64,000 nt of DNA from Octopus vulgaris (Eukaryota). A program made the position numbers and the translations under genes. Positions 1-12,984 of this stretch are shown here, piece by piece. A model generated the notes under the pieces. That model ran no database searches. It was not told the origin of the DNA and saw only the letters and a list, made by a program, of their open reading frames with translations. The stretch lies in NCBI GenBank assembly GCA_951406725.2, contig OX597818.1, positions 42,904,001 through 42,968,000 on the forward strand, given 5' to 3'. Each line of letters starts with the position of its first letter. Position 1 is the stretch's first letter.

Positions 1-200
1 TGTCCATTTTCCATGTTGGCATGGATTGGACAGTTTGACATCAGCTGGCCATTTGGAAAGCTGTCCAGACTCATTGTCTGTTGTGAAATGGTTTCTACAA
101 CTGGATGCCCTTCCTAATGTCAACCACTTTACAGAGTCTGCTCGGTGTTTTTTATGTGCTACCAGCAAAGGTGTGTTTATGCAGCACTGGCACCTGTTAA
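1..200 (-). mobile_element. Family B repeat (RTE-type 3' end / RTE-tailed SINE), diverged
   Basis: Contains ttccatgttggcatgg and ctacaactggatgcccttcctaatg, shared with >10 other copies in the window. Confidence 0.75.
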
Positions 201-349
201 GGACAAGCCTCTATGTAAGGATGACAGTGATTTTACTTAGCTTGATGTGTCTTCTCATGTACAGCAAATCACCACAACTCCTGAACCCTTGTCATTTCCA
301 CAATGAGCTGTATGTATGTATGTGCGTGTCGATATGTGTACACACCCAG

Positions 350-532
350 ACCTTGCTGGTGCCACGTGAAAAGCACCCAATTCACTCTGTAAAGTGGTTT
401 GTGTTAGGAAAGGCATCTAACTATAAAAACCATGCCAAAACAGACAGAGCCTGGTGCAGTCCTTTCCCTTGCCAGCTCCTGTCCAATCATCCAACCCCTG
501 CCTGTATGTGAGATGGATGTTAAATGGTGATA
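350..532 (+). mobile_element. Family B repeat, opposite orientation to 1-200
   Basis: ggtgccacgtgaaaagcacc...ttaggaaaggcatc...ggatgttaaatggtgat is the reverse complement of the family B motifs. Confidence 0.7.
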
Positions 533-554
533 TAATACATAATATAATGTGCAT

Positions 555-585
<31 letters not shown>

Positions 586-929
586 TATGTATGTATTTAT
601 ATATGTAAATGCACGTATATTATATATATTGTATGCATATGTATGTGTGTTGATCAGTCTTAGCCTTGGCAGCTGAATAGAATGTGTGCTGCTGAGGTGG
701 TCTAATAAGTCTAAAACATATGAACAACCTTCACTAGTTATCTTTAGAAGCTATATGAGCTCCAATCTGTATTACCTAAAAATTTTAATCAGCTGATCAC
801 TCTTGCTTGTGTTTATATTTTAAATGCCTTTTAAATACCTTTTTATCAACTGGTTGCTTGGGTAACCTTGGGTGATCAATGTTTTCCCACTTACTTATGT
901 GAAGCCATACTATATTTGTTTATAATATG

Positions 930-1348
930 CAGCGCTGGATTAACCATTAAGCACAATATGTGCTTAGTGCATTAAGAGAAAGAGGGAGCACCACAGAAAT
1001 TGTAAATAGTTTATGGCACAAAAGAAATCACTTTAAATTCACTAAAATAATATTCGGGGTGCCTTTATCTCTACTAAGTATAGATGCAGATGTATTACGT
1101 AAGATTAATTTTGAGGATCTGATCAAAGACTCTGCAATTCAAAAAAGTAGGAGGAAACTTTCCAAATATAAAGTGGAAGTATACAAAAATAAACAGTATT
1201 TTCCCTCTTACTGTTTTGTTGTGTTTTGAAAAATAAAAATTTATTTTATAGTTTGTTATTTTTTATATTTTGAATTACATAATTTTTTTATGGGGTCACC
1301 AAAATCTTTTAAGTGCTTAGGGCCTCGATAGGTCTTAATCCGGCCCTG
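930..1348 (+). mobile_element. Non-autonomous hAT (Tip100-like) transposon retaining the transposase C-terminus
   Basis: TIRs cagcgctggattaa / ttaatccggccctg; internal frame LSLLSIDADVLRKINFEDLIKDSAIQKSRRK resembles the end of the hAT dimerisation domain; 8-bp TSD only 5/8 conserved. Confidence 0.75.
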
Positions 1349-2899
1349 ATTGTGTGCAGCTTACTCTCAAGGAGCGTATTGTTTAGATGAAATTATTCTT
1401 TTTTTTAATCTAAGCTTGGTCTTGGAATGAAGATTTTGTTGTTTTTATTTCATCATACTTTGCAATTCAACCCCTGCAAAATCAAGCAGTTTCTTTTAGT
1501 CTGCATTTCCTTTTCTCATATTCCATTTCTGCTAAAAATATATAATTTCTTTCCCAACAGTTTAAATACAAGAAAAAAGAAAAATAACAAACAAACAACA
1601 AAAACAAAAACGTCTAGTTAGTATCCAAAATCAGAGATTGCTTTGAAGTGTAAATATTTGTTTCTTACAGATTCTGTCTAATACATTTTCATTCATTTAC
1701 AGTAAAAAAGACCAGATAATATTGCACTAATTACACTTCTTTAATCACCACAGAGCCATATTTGTTATTCATATGGTTTTCTACTGTTACTTTGATTGGA
1801 AATCTTGTAAACAAGTTTTGTTTTGATCACACTTAACTAACCACCCGATATATTATTATTCCTATTTGTGAGTGTAATAATGAACGTAGCCACTCGAGTA
1901 TCCTAGTGCTATTTTCATTCATATTTCTCATTATTCAGATAGAAAATGCTCAATAATTACTGCTTGCCATCAAAATAGTGAAATTAAGGCAGATGCTAAA
2001 ATCATTATTATTTTGAAAAACAACTGAGTTATGCCTAGAGTCTGTAGTGCAAGCTTAGATGGATGCAGTCAGAGGATGTAACTAGCCACACCTCCTCTGA
2101 AGTGTTCTTGGTAACCTACAAACTATTGCTATGTTTGATGAAGTTAGCTAAATAAGCATAATGAAAGTGGCTGCATACTCAGATAATCACACCACCGATA
2201 AACAAACACATTTGCAGTTTTTGTATCATTTAAACTGCAATAGATAAGAAAAATTAAATTTAGTCACTAACCCTTCCCCAAATAACTTTTAACTTTTAGA
2301 AAGATAATTTGTTAAAACTATCAGTTAGTTGAAAATATGCCAGTATTTCAGTTTTGGTATCTAAGAAATTCATCTTTTTTTTTTCTGTTTGAAGTTGGCA
2401 CCATATTTTGTTCTCAAAAAAAAAAAAAAAAAAAAAAAAAGAATTCTGTCCTTTTAGCAGAACTTTTATTCTTCTCTAGTTTTGGTTTCCACTTGTAGCT
2501 ATCTCATTCCTTGGGAAAAACACTATTCCTGTTCCCAAATAATTAGTAATCTCATATTTCCTGTCCATCTGAGGAAGGCAATTCAAAACCACTTTAGAAT
2601 ATCCTTGTCAAGGCAATGCACTAGAATTATGTCAAGATATATCCAGAAATTAATAAACTTTTGTACTTTACATTTTTGGTTTTCCCAGTCTATTTGTAAT
2701 TTGGTTTAAAAATCTTTGTTTATATGGATCTATTTAATTTTATCCAAAGTATTCTCTTATTTCAGACATTGTTAAATTAGTACTTATTCAAAATATGCTT
2801 TTGTTAAGCATTAAATTTGTGATCTTTCTTGTTAAGCATTTCTAAGTTCTTTATAATCTTTTAGGAATTCAATTATGAGGGAAATATTTGTTCAACCAA

Positions 2900-3170
2900 C
2901 ATCATTATCATCATCATCATCATCGTTTAACATCCGTTTTCCGTGCTAGCACGGGTTGGACGGTTCGACTGGGGTCTGGGAAGCCAGGAGGCTGCACCAG
3001 GCTCCAGTCTGATCTGGCAGTGTTTCTACAGCTGGATGCCCTTCCTAACGCCAACCACTCCATGAGTGTAGTGGGTGCTTTTTATTTTCCACCAGCACAG
3101 GTGCCAGGGGAGGCTGGCAGCGGCCACGATCGATTGGTGCTTTTTACGTGCCACCGGCACAGAAACCAGT
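2900..3170 (-). mobile_element. Family B repeat
   Basis: (CAT)n tail followed by cgtttaacatccgttttccgtgctagc...gctggatgcccttcctaacgccaaccac. Confidence 0.85.
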
Positions 3171-3557
3171 CAGTGTATATTAATCTACAAGTGTGTTTAG
3201 TTAGTGTATTGCATCCTATCATCAGTATTTCAACTGTGCCTGTAACCAATATATTTGATTAATGGCCCAGTTCCCTACTTATAGGTAGGTTCCATACAGT
3301 GGTACAGGTTATTGCTGTAGTCAGCAAAATTATTATAAAAATTCATGCTTTATTAGCTTACAGATTTTTGTAGATCTCTATACGAAGAGGAATTCTTCTG
3401 AAATACCACAGCAATTCAGTTGTTTGTGTTATTTGGTCACTGTCACATGGCAAATATAATGTACAAAATATACAGCCATGTTTTTAGATATACATATAGG
3501 TAGAAAATAACTATGTAATCTTGGTAAATTGTAATTATTTTATATAATGACTTATAA

Positions 3558-3950
3558 GCACAAGCTGTGTTTAACAGTTTGCTTCCCAACTACCTGGTTT
3601 TAGATTTGGTCTCAGTGTGTGTCACCTGAAGCAAGTGTCTCTTATTAAGCTCTGGGCTCACCAAAGCCTTGTTAGTAGATTTGGTAGTTAGAAACTGAAA
3701 GAAGCCCTATATATGTGTGTGTGTGTTACTGTCTCTTTGCCTTGGCATTGGGTGAAAGTTGTATGTAAGCATCACTGTTAAGCAAGTGGTGTGCTTTGTT
3801 TCCAATCTTCTGTGAAAAGATGTCTGCCCATGGGGAAGCAAGTGTGAGTTGGTCACAAGACGGGCATCTGGTGGCAGAATATCTGCCTCAACAAATTCTG
3901 TGTGAGCCATGCAAGAATGGAAAAAGTGGATGTTAAAACAATGAAAGACA
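3558..3950 (+). mobile_element. Family D SINE (family A head and body with RTE-type tail)
   Basis: gctgtgt..tttgcttcccaac head, gaaactgaaagaagccc, (TG)n, then ccatgcaagaatggaaaaagtggatgttaaa tail. Confidence 0.7.
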
Positions 3951-4074
3951 ATGAACTTACGTAATTATAATGTCCGTGGAAAAGCATTTAACACAGACAA
4001 ATATAGCAATTTATTCATTGGATGCTTTCAACCAGTTTTTAAAAATTTTCTTTCTCTAAAGTGTTCTTTTTATT

Positions 4075-4750
4075 TATGATCATCATTATCATTTAACACC
4101 TGTTTTCCATGCTGGCATGGGTTGGCTGGTTTGACTGGGGACTGGCAAGCCAGTAGGCTGTGCCAGGCTCCAATCTGATCTGGTAATGTTTCTACAGCCG
4201 GATGTCCTTCATAACACCAACCACTTTGAGAGTGTAGTGGGTACTTTTTATGTGCCACCAGCATGGGTGGCAGTCAGGCGGCACTGGCATCGGCCACGAC
4301 TACAATTTACATTTTGATTTTGATTTTACTTGACTCAATAGGTCTTCTCAAGGGTACATTTAAATGGGCTGGTTATGCGACACTGGTATAGGCTATGGCT
4401 GTGGCATCACTTTACTTGCTGGGTCTTCTCAATTACAGTCAGTGGCGGACTGACCAGGTTGCCAGCTTGCCTGTTGGCAAGTGGGCCCCTGCACCATTAG
4501 AATCCATATATGGAGGCCCTTGTTAGTATCTAAGGGGCCCATTCCCTCAAGTTTGAGAACTTTTTATTCACTCCTGGAAGAATGCATTAATTATTTCAGC
4601 CTGGTTGTGTTTGTAGACAGTTGAAAAGAATACTTTTAACAAAAATAAATAAATAAATAGCATTGTAGTTGCAGTTGGGCCTCCTTAGTCTCCTGGCAAC
4701 CAATATTTTTAGACCCAGTCCACCACTGATCACAGCATATCTCCAAAGGT
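4075..4750 (-). mobile_element. Family B repeat interrupted by a hAT MITE
   Basis: Family B motifs at 4075-4439 resume after 4728 (cagcatatctccaaagg). Confidence 0.7.
4440..4728. mobile_element. hAT-type MITE
   Basis: TIRs cagtggcggactg / cagtccaccactg; 8-bp TSD attacagt / atcacagc (6/8). Confidence 0.75.
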
Positions 4751-4832
4751 CTTACTTATGAATATTTGTTATTCATCACGAGTAATTTTGTAGAGTACTG
4801 ATCCAATGGAATATTGTAACCTCTGTTTAGAG

Positions 4833-4954
4833 CAGGCATGGGCAACTGCTTTTAGAGAAGCAGAATACATAAGACATGGCTCATCTGCAGGTGGGTTGTA
4901 CTGAAAAAACTCGAAGGCAACTTTTTTTGTTAGGCTTTAGTTTGCCCGTGACTG
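4833..4954. mobile_element. Possible short hAT/Charlie-like MITE
   Basis: Imperfect TIRs caggcatgggcaac / tttgcccgtgactg; TSD poor. Confidence 0.35.
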
Positions 4955-5394
4955 GACTAAATACTACCAGTCAAAATACAATGTATGATCAGTGCTGTAG
5001 TACTGATCAGAAGTCACTAAAACTGGACTTTAATTCAAATTATAGCAATTCTGATGTGTGATGAACATTTCTTTGTTGTTATTGTTAAGTCCCAGGTCAA
5101 CCTGTCTGTATGCAAAGGTGTTCAAATCATGATCTTGTTTTTAAGGTATATATCTTTGGATAAATATCTCTTTCAATTTTTAAAAAGATTTTAAGGTATG
5201 ATTTGCTGGAGATTTGACTACTGTCTCTAGCTAGTTAAACCATTTCATAGAGGCTCTCCTCATTAATTTGCATTTCTTAATAGAGCTTCTTAAATCAGAG
5301 ATCAGATTTTGGATAAACTAACTAACCTTGATTATGTTAAATGATGTTTCACTTCCATAAGAGTTAAACAGTTAAGTACATAATTATCATTGTT

Positions 5395-5797
5395 ATCATT
5401 TTACTGCCTGCTTTTTCATGCTTTCATAGATTGGGTGACATTTAAGGCAGATTTTCAACAGCTGGATGCCTTTCCTGTTGCCAAACCTCACCTCTTTTTG
5501 AGCTTGGTAATAATTCTCTGAAGCCAGCCATGTTTTTGAAGAATATTGGAAGTGAGTGACACTGCTTGTATGAAAGTGATACCTTTTCACAACTATCACA
5601 TGATGTCAAGACAAAGAGAGAGAGAGAGACACATACACACACATATGGGCTTCTTTCAGTTTCCGTCTACTAAATTTACTCACAAAGCCTGGGACTTTAG
5701 TAGAAGACACTTGTCCAAGCTTCCACACTGTTGAACTAAATCTAAAACCATGTGGTTGGAAAGCAAATCTGACTGCACAGCCACACCAGCACCTGCA
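5395..5797 (-). mobile_element. Family D SINE
   Basis: Reverse-complement match to 3558-3950 (gggcttctttcagtttccgtctac; accatgtggttggaaagcaa). Confidence 0.7.
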
Positions 5798-6581
5798 TAA
5801 TTTGGATAAATAAGTTCCTTTTAAGAAACAGTAAGAATAGAAAAAGATGGTCCGTGTTTTTCTATACTCGTATAGTTTTAAAAATATGGAGACCAATCAT
5901 TTTGGTGTACTTTTCCTTTTGTTTTTTTTAAAATTTCTTTTACATAATTTAAAATTTATTTCCTTTATTTTGTATAAAAATTTAACACACCTTGAAAAAG
6001 TTTTATTTTGTTTAATATATACCTGAGTTTTATATATACAAAAACATATATATTCACATCTCTCTCTACATAGGGATTGTATTTCAGTTGAATTCTTTAC
6101 ACTTATGTTTTCTTTTTATACCGAAAAGTTATGCCATTAGGTTAAATGATATCTTTTCTCCTAAAAATAAGATACTTTGTAAAAATTGTCTCCTATAAAT
6201 GTTTATCGTTCCTGTAGTTTATTTGAGTGAATTTATTATATGAAAGATTCTTTGATAAAAAATCAATTTCGAGCTGAAAAGAAGGGAAGATATGCCAGCA
6301 CCAATCAGACATCATAAGCAATTGTTACATTGTTGGATCTGCAAAAGATACTGAGCAAAACTGAGATAGAGTAGCTACAATGATGTCCATTTCATGAATT
6401 TCATACAACTGTCTTCATTAGCAAATATTTCATCATTATGCTAATCCTTTTAAAAGAATGATTATTTATGGGAAAATTTTCTCCCTGATTTAATAGTCAT
6501 AAAAGAAAAGTAACCAATGCAAACTATTACCTCATGTAATGTTTTTCTGCTGCTAGAGTTCAGCTTACGTATTTTAAAAAC

Positions 6582-6584
<3 letters not shown>

Positions 6585-6614
<30 letters not shown>
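6585..6614. repeat. (GA)n microsatellite
   Basis: Directly visible. Confidence 0.95.
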
Positions 6615-6618
<4 letters not shown>

Positions 6619-7522
6619 AATTGGCATCTGCTTCCTTAACATTTATTACGGTGTATTTATAGAGAAATATCGAATTTGTAGATTTATTATTTTAAAGGCA
6701 ATGACCATTAAAGAATATTTGCTTATGTATGGCATTATTTGTGTGTGTGTGAATAATATATATGGATATATATGTATAATATTATGTAATTGAATTCAGT
6801 GATAGATTTTTCTGCCTGTTAATTTAAGTGATATGTATTTAGTTGATTTAATTGCTATAATGCTATGCATGACTGCATGGAAAATTTCATTTAGGTGCAC
6901 TGGACCAAGTGCAGTCAGTCTGTTTTTGGAAATGGTGGAATTTAATCTTTCATCTACTTTTCTGTTATATTGATTTGTTATAAAACAATCCTGTACCAAG
7001 AGAAATATTTATTTTTTTTTACTTTATTCTCCACTTTTTATTGCAAAAAAAAAAAAAATCCAAAAAATTGTTCCAAAAATGAATTTAAAATAAAGAATTT
7101 ATCATTAGAAATAAAACAGACCTGATTATTCCCAATTCTAAATTATTTTTTTAACATCTACTCTGTATCAAGCATATTAAATTATAATAATATTGTGTTA
7201 TTGTTGTTGCTGTTGCTGCTACTACTTGTAGTAGTAGTAGCAGTAGTAGTAGTAGTAGTTCTGAATTAAAAATACAGCTGAAGTAAACATTATATTTCAC
7301 TCTTCTATTGTCAATAAATTAAGTACTGGAGTCATTCTAAGGGACTGTACCTTTCTCCAAATTTTTGATCTTGTGTCTGTTTGAAATCAATATCATTATT
7401 GAGGCAGTGGATTGACAGAATCGTTTGAGCATTGGACAAGATACTTTACACCATCTGTTCTGACTCTATGCTCTGGGTTCAAATCCTGTTGAGGTCAATT
7501 TTGCCTTTTATCTACTCAGAGC

Positions 7523-7893
7523 TAGGCATGGCTGTGTGGTAAGAAGTTTGCTTCCCAGCCATCTGATTCCAGGTTCAGTCCCACTGTGTGGCACCTTGGG
7601 CAAATATCTTCTAGCCTCAAGCCAACCAAAGCCTTGTGAGTGGATTTGGTTGACAGAAACTGAAAGGAGCTGTGTATGTGTGTGTGTGTGTCTCCTACCA
7701 CTGCTTGGCAACTGATGTTGGTTTGTTTACAGCCCTGTAAATTAGTGGTTCGGCAAAAGAGACTGGTAGAGTAAGTACCAAACTTATAAAAAAAAATGTC
7801 CTGTGGTTGATTCATTTGACTAAAAACTCTTCAAGGTTGTGCCCCAGCATGGCCACAGTCTTAATGACTGAAACAAGTAAAAGATAAAAGATA
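7523..7893 (+). mobile_element. Family A tRNA-derived SINE with internal (TG/TA)n
   Basis: A-box-like tggctgtgtggt, B-box-like ggttcagtccc, ccttgggcaa core, tail gcatggccacagtc..gactgaaacaagtaaaaga. Confidence 0.85.
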
Positions 7894-7959
7894 CCACTCA
7901 AGTACTGGGTGTGTTGTTTTCAAGTAACTCCAATCTCTTCAAAATTGCTGACCTACCCG

Positions 7960-8690
7960 AAGCTGGTAGAATTTTTAGAGCATCAGAAAAAATGCTTTCT
8001 GGCATTTGTTTTGGCTCTTTACATTCTGAGTTTGCCGTCCATCATTTTAGGGCCAATAAAATAAAGAATTAGTACTGGGGTCGATTGTAACCACTAACTC
8101 CTTTTACTCAAAATTGCTGCCCTTGTGCCTAAATCGCAAACCATTATTATTATTATTATTATTATTAGTTGCTTAGTGGTATTTCATCTGTCCTTATGTT
8201 CTGAGTTCAAATTCCACTGAAGGGGTTGATAAAGAAAGTACCAGTGAGATGCTAGGGGCAATGCAATCAACTAGTCCCCTCCCCACAAATTTCAGGCCTT
8301 GTACTCTTAGAAAGGATTGTTATTATTATTAAGGTAGTGAGCTGGCAGAATCGTTAGCATCCCGAATGAAATGCTTAGAGGTATTTCGCCCATCCTTATG
8401 TTCTGAGTTCAAATTCTGCCGAGGTCAACTTAGCCTTTCATTTTCTTCGGTTGATAAATTAAGTACCAGTGAAACACTGGGGTCAATGTAATTGACTAGT
8501 CTCCTCCCCCAACCACATTTCAGGCCTTGTGCCTATAATAGGATTATTATTATTATTTAGGATTGGTAGAATTGTTAGGACATTAAATTAAAATACCTTG
8601 CAGCATTTCTTTTACCTTTTTACATTCTGAGTTCAAATCCTGCCAAGATCAACACTAACCCTTCATACTTTTGGGAGTGATAAAATAAAA
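7960..8690 (+). mobile_element. Cluster of about 4 family C SINE copies with (ATT)n tails
   Basis: Repeated gctggcagaatcgttagc..ttctgagttcaaatt..gataaattaagtaccag..ggccttgtgcc separated by (att)n. Confidence 0.75.
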
Positions 8691-9120
8691 TATCATATAA
8701 ATCATTTGAGTTTGCTAATACTTAAATTACACAAGCACACACGTAAATTGCATTTTATCTAAAACAACAAAACAAAAATCTCAAGTTTTAGTTGTATGAA
8801 AATTAATAATTCATCTGGTAAGCAAATTGGATTAAAAAAAAATACAAAGGGATGTGAATATGCAGGGTGATTATTTTCAGATAATGCAGAACAGTAGCTC
8901 TCTTCCTTCACTCACAGTGTTAAGGCTAGGGACTATGAAGATATGGTGAATCAGATAAGCATGCTTCTTTTTATCTGTATTAAATTTGATACGTTTCAAA
9001 TAGCTTTATCTGAGACTTTCTATTTTTAGATGCTTCCTGAGATGTTTTGGGGTATTAATAATTTTCAAAGATTTATTGTTTGGTAGTTAAGGTAAAAGGT
9101 GTATGTGTGCCAATGCAGAG

Positions 9121-9123
<3 letters not shown>

Positions 9124-9160
<37 letters not shown>
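9124..9160. repeat. (AT)n microsatellite
   Basis: Directly visible. Confidence 0.95.
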
Positions 9161-9167
<7 letters not shown>

Positions 9168-9630
9168 GGTTCTTTTCAAGCTTATCATATTTGTTCGTAT
9201 ATGTAGCACAACTATTGATGTAGCTATGTTGGTTAGCTTGTTGAAAAATAATTATATTTTCAAGCACTGTATCAAAACAATACTTTAGAAGTCATTTATG
9301 CATCTTAAATTGTATTTAATAACTGCATATCATTCTTAATTGAAATTAGCAAATTATCTCCTAATCAATTATTGGATAGATTTTCTGAGCCAGATTCAGC
9401 TTGAAAGGGATGTATCTTTGATTTAGAATATTATAAGTATATTAATTGTACTATCAGTTTTATTAAATATTTCTCCATTGTATTGTATTGTTTGAAGTTC
9501 AAACTTTGCAATCTTTTTTTCTTTTATAATTAATTTGTTGCTTGGCTTTTTGATCTACATCAAAATGCAGGATCTTTTATTTTCTACTCATTTGTGCTTT
9601 TCTATATTAACATATTAGTATATATTATAC

Positions 9631-9933
9631 GTGGAGGCGTAATGGCCCAGTGGTTAGGGCAGCTGACTCACGGTCGTAGGATTGCGGTTTTGATTCCCAG
9701 ACCGGGTGTGTATTTATTGAGCGAAAACACCTAAAGCTCCACGAGGCTCCGGCAGGGGGTGGTGGTGATCCTTGCTGTACTCTTTCACCACAACTTTCTC
9801 TCACTCTTTCTTCTGTCGGCCTGCTCGCTTAGCCAGCGGGGTGGTGTCATTGAAGGCTAAAACAATGCAAAGAGCATTGTGACTAGCAATGTGTAGCAAC
9901 ATCTGATGGCCTGGTCAGTCACATGATCACATG
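9631..9933 (+). mobile_element. Family E1 tRNA-derived SINE (OR-type octopus SINE-like)
   Basis: tRNA-like head tggcccagtggttagggcag..ggttttgattccc; 11-bp TSD atatattatac at 9620-9630 and 9934-9944. Confidence 0.85.
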
Positions 9934-10194
9934 ATATATTATACAAATTTTCAGAGATGGTAGAATAGCAAGAATGAAAGATCAACTGCATTAGAGTTTT
10001 TATTTCTGTGTGTTTATGTTCAGGTTTCAAATCATACCAATGTTAACTTTAACATTATCTTTTGGGAAAGGATAAAAAAGTACCAGTTATATTATAGTGT
10101 TTATTCCTTGTTGACTCAACCTTTCCTTTTTTCTTTTATTATGTATTTTGAACTATGTTTCGGTTTGGCAATAATCTTAAATAATCATCCATAA

Positions 10195-10345
10195 CTATAT
10201 CATCATCATCATCATTTAACGTCTGTTTTCCATACTAGCATGGGCTGGATGGTTTGATAGGAGCTGGAGAGGCTGGGGGCAACACCAGGCTCCATTGTCT
10301 GTTCTGGCATGGTTTCTATAACTGGATGCCCTTCCTAAATGCCAA
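10195..10345 (-). mobile_element. Family B repeat fragment
   Basis: (CAT)n tttaacgtctgttttccatactagcatggg...ctggatgcccttcct. Confidence 0.8.
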
Positions 10346-10749
10346 ATATATATATATTCTTTTTTCATATAGTCACAAAACATTACATAGAAATTAGTTT
10401 TGTAAGGTTACAAGCGTGAAACAAAGCTGTTGTAATAATTAGTATTTATGTATATAAGATAACAGTTTATACTTAGTGTAAAGCATTAGTTTAAAAAAAA
10501 ATTTAATTATAAAGTAGTACAAAGTAGATATGTTTGTAGATTGAATAAAATCTTGTAACTTAGAGTTATAAAGTCCTTTGAGCATATATTTTGATTAACC
10601 TAATTGCTTAAAGCCACTGTTGTGTCAACAATTTCTACATGTGATACAATAAGCATTATCAGTTTAACAGCTAATTGTCTTAATTTTTTAAATATATCTT
10701 AACTCCATCCGAGAGGCCCAATTTTATGTTCATGTATGTGTGTGTGTCT

Positions 10750-11133
10750 GGGGGAAGCACTCTGTCGGTTACGACGACGAGGGTTCCGGTTGATCCGAAT
10801 CAACGGAACAGCCTGTGAAATTAACGTGTAAGTGGCTGAGCACTCCACAGACACGTGTACCCTTAACGTAGTTCTCGGGGATATTCAGCGTGACACAGAG
10901 AGTGACAAGGCCGGCCCTTTGAAATGCAGGTACAACAGAAACAGGAAGTAAGAGTGAGAGAAAGTTGTGGTGAAAGAGTACAGCAGGGATCACCACAATC
11001 CCCTGCCAGAGCCTCGTGGAGCTTTAGGTGTTTTCGCTCAATAAACACTCACAACGCCCGGTCTGGGAATCGAAACCGCGATCCTATGACCGTGAGTCCG
11101 CTGCCCTAACCACTGGGTCATTGCGCCTCCACC
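10750..11133 (-). mobile_element. Family E2 tRNA-derived SINE, young and CpG-rich
   Basis: Near-identical to 41366-41753; intact B box (ggtttcgattccc); 12-bp TSD gtgtgtgtgtct at 10738-10749 and 11134-11145. Confidence 0.9.
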
Positions 11134-11992
11134 GTGTGTGTGTCTATACACATAGTTATAAAAATATTCAGTTTGTCATCATTTGCCAACAAAATATGTT
11201 CTGTTATCCCTATGGTTCGTTCAGGCAAAACAGAATCTATTGTTTCAGACGAACAAGTATGGATTAAATATTTTTACTCACTTTCATACTTATCTTTGAG
11301 TAGTTTATCCTAAGTGGCCAGACATATCTTATTCTTGAACTTGTCACCCACTAGTATATATATAAATAGATATATATAATTGTGCACACATTATCTGTGC
11401 TCTCAACTGGACTACCTGAAAGATCATGAAAATCAGTGAAATTTTGTCAAGGGACTTTACCTTTTGCAGAATTTGTTAAATGCTAATTCAAATGGCACTT
11501 TAGTTATTATTGAGTTGAATGATTAGTTCTGTTATAGCAAATCAAATGTTTGCATTCTTGATTTGCTGTCGTTCGGTCTATGCTACAGATATTTTGATAT
11601 ATTTATGCAGTTTGTGTTTGTTTTGATCAGATTTAGAGAGGATATTGTATTATTGTTCAGGAACATGACTGAATATGTTTAGGCATTTGTGGTTTGAAAT
11701 GTGGACGAGGGAGTTATTTTTGGTTGTGGGACTACAGCAATGAGTTGTATAAACTGGTTATGTACACTTCCTCAATATTTATATTTCATTAGATTTAATT
11801 TGTTGTTGGGAATTAAACAATTTTATAATACTTACTGTTATATTTCAATAGGGACTCCCCCCCAACAAAAAATATATAAAAAAACTGAAATAATATTGAA
11901 AGCTGAAAATTAAACATTAAATATAAAAAAACTTGAGTTGTAATTATATATGTATATTTTATAAGAGGTTTTGTTATTACTCTACTTTTTAA

Positions 11993-12392
11993 CTCTTTTA
12001 CTTGTTTCAGTCATTTGACTGTGGCCATGCTGGAGCACCACCTTTAGTCAAGCAAATTGAACCCAGGACTTATTCTTTGTAAGCCTAGTACTTATTCTAT
12101 CGGTCTCTTTTGCCGAACTGCGAAGTTACGGGGACGTAAACAACCAACATAGGTTGTCACGCTATGTTGGAGGGACAAACACAGATACACAAACACACAC
12201 ATACATATATATACATATACATATATACGATGGGCTTCTTTCAGTTTCCGTCTACCAAATCCACTCACAAGGCTTCAGTCGGCCCGAGGCTATATTAGAA
12301 GACACTTGCCCAAGGTGCCACACAGTGGGACTGAACCTGGAACCATGTGGTTGGTAAGCAAGCTACTTACCACACAGCCACTCCCGCGCCTA
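11993..12392 (-). mobile_element. Family A SINE, full length
   Basis: Full reverse-complement match to 37321-37717. Confidence 0.9.
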
Positions 12393-12984
12393 TTAATAAT
12401 TTTGATTTCTAACATTGGTCCAGGACACAAATTTTAGGGGAGGATATAGTCAAATTGACTCCAGTATGTGATTGGTAATTTCATTGATCTTAGAAAGATG
12501 AAAGGCAAAGTTGATGTCAGTAGGATTAGAACTGAGACCATAAATGGTTGTAACTAGTATACCATACATTTTGTCTGATATTAATGTTTTTATCCATCAA
12601 CTAATAATATTGCTTAGTTTTGCCCTATTGAGAACATGGCAACCTCTTCAGCATTACTGCCTTAATAAAATACACCCAATATGCTCTGTACAACAGTTGG
12701 TGTTAAGAAGAGAATCTAATAATAGAATTCAAGTAAAAATGGAACATATGAGCAAGATATGGTCCTCTGAGCTGTCTTGCAGGCTGGTGATTCTAAATAA
12801 CTGGCTCCAACCAGGACATCCTGTCCAGTCCATGATAGCATAGAAATTGTAAAATGCACTTAAAATAGTGATGATGATGATGACGACATTTCTTAACATT
12901 GCAAACTTTTTTCATGGAAAGTGCAGACTAAAAGTTTTCATGCAAAATATTACCATTAGTTACTAAATGTTTTGAATTACTTAA

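Noticed and set aside
26-511. 161-aa ORF and similar ORFs containing FLQLDALPN (2888, 24057, 60722, 61853)
   Set aside because: Antisense read-through of family B repeats, not a gene family
11631-11676. Peptide FREDIVLLFRNMTEY resembling a bromodomain helix after a ttgatcag acceptor
   Set aside because: Immediate stop codon, poor donor (gtttag), missing the conserved Asn; most likely chance
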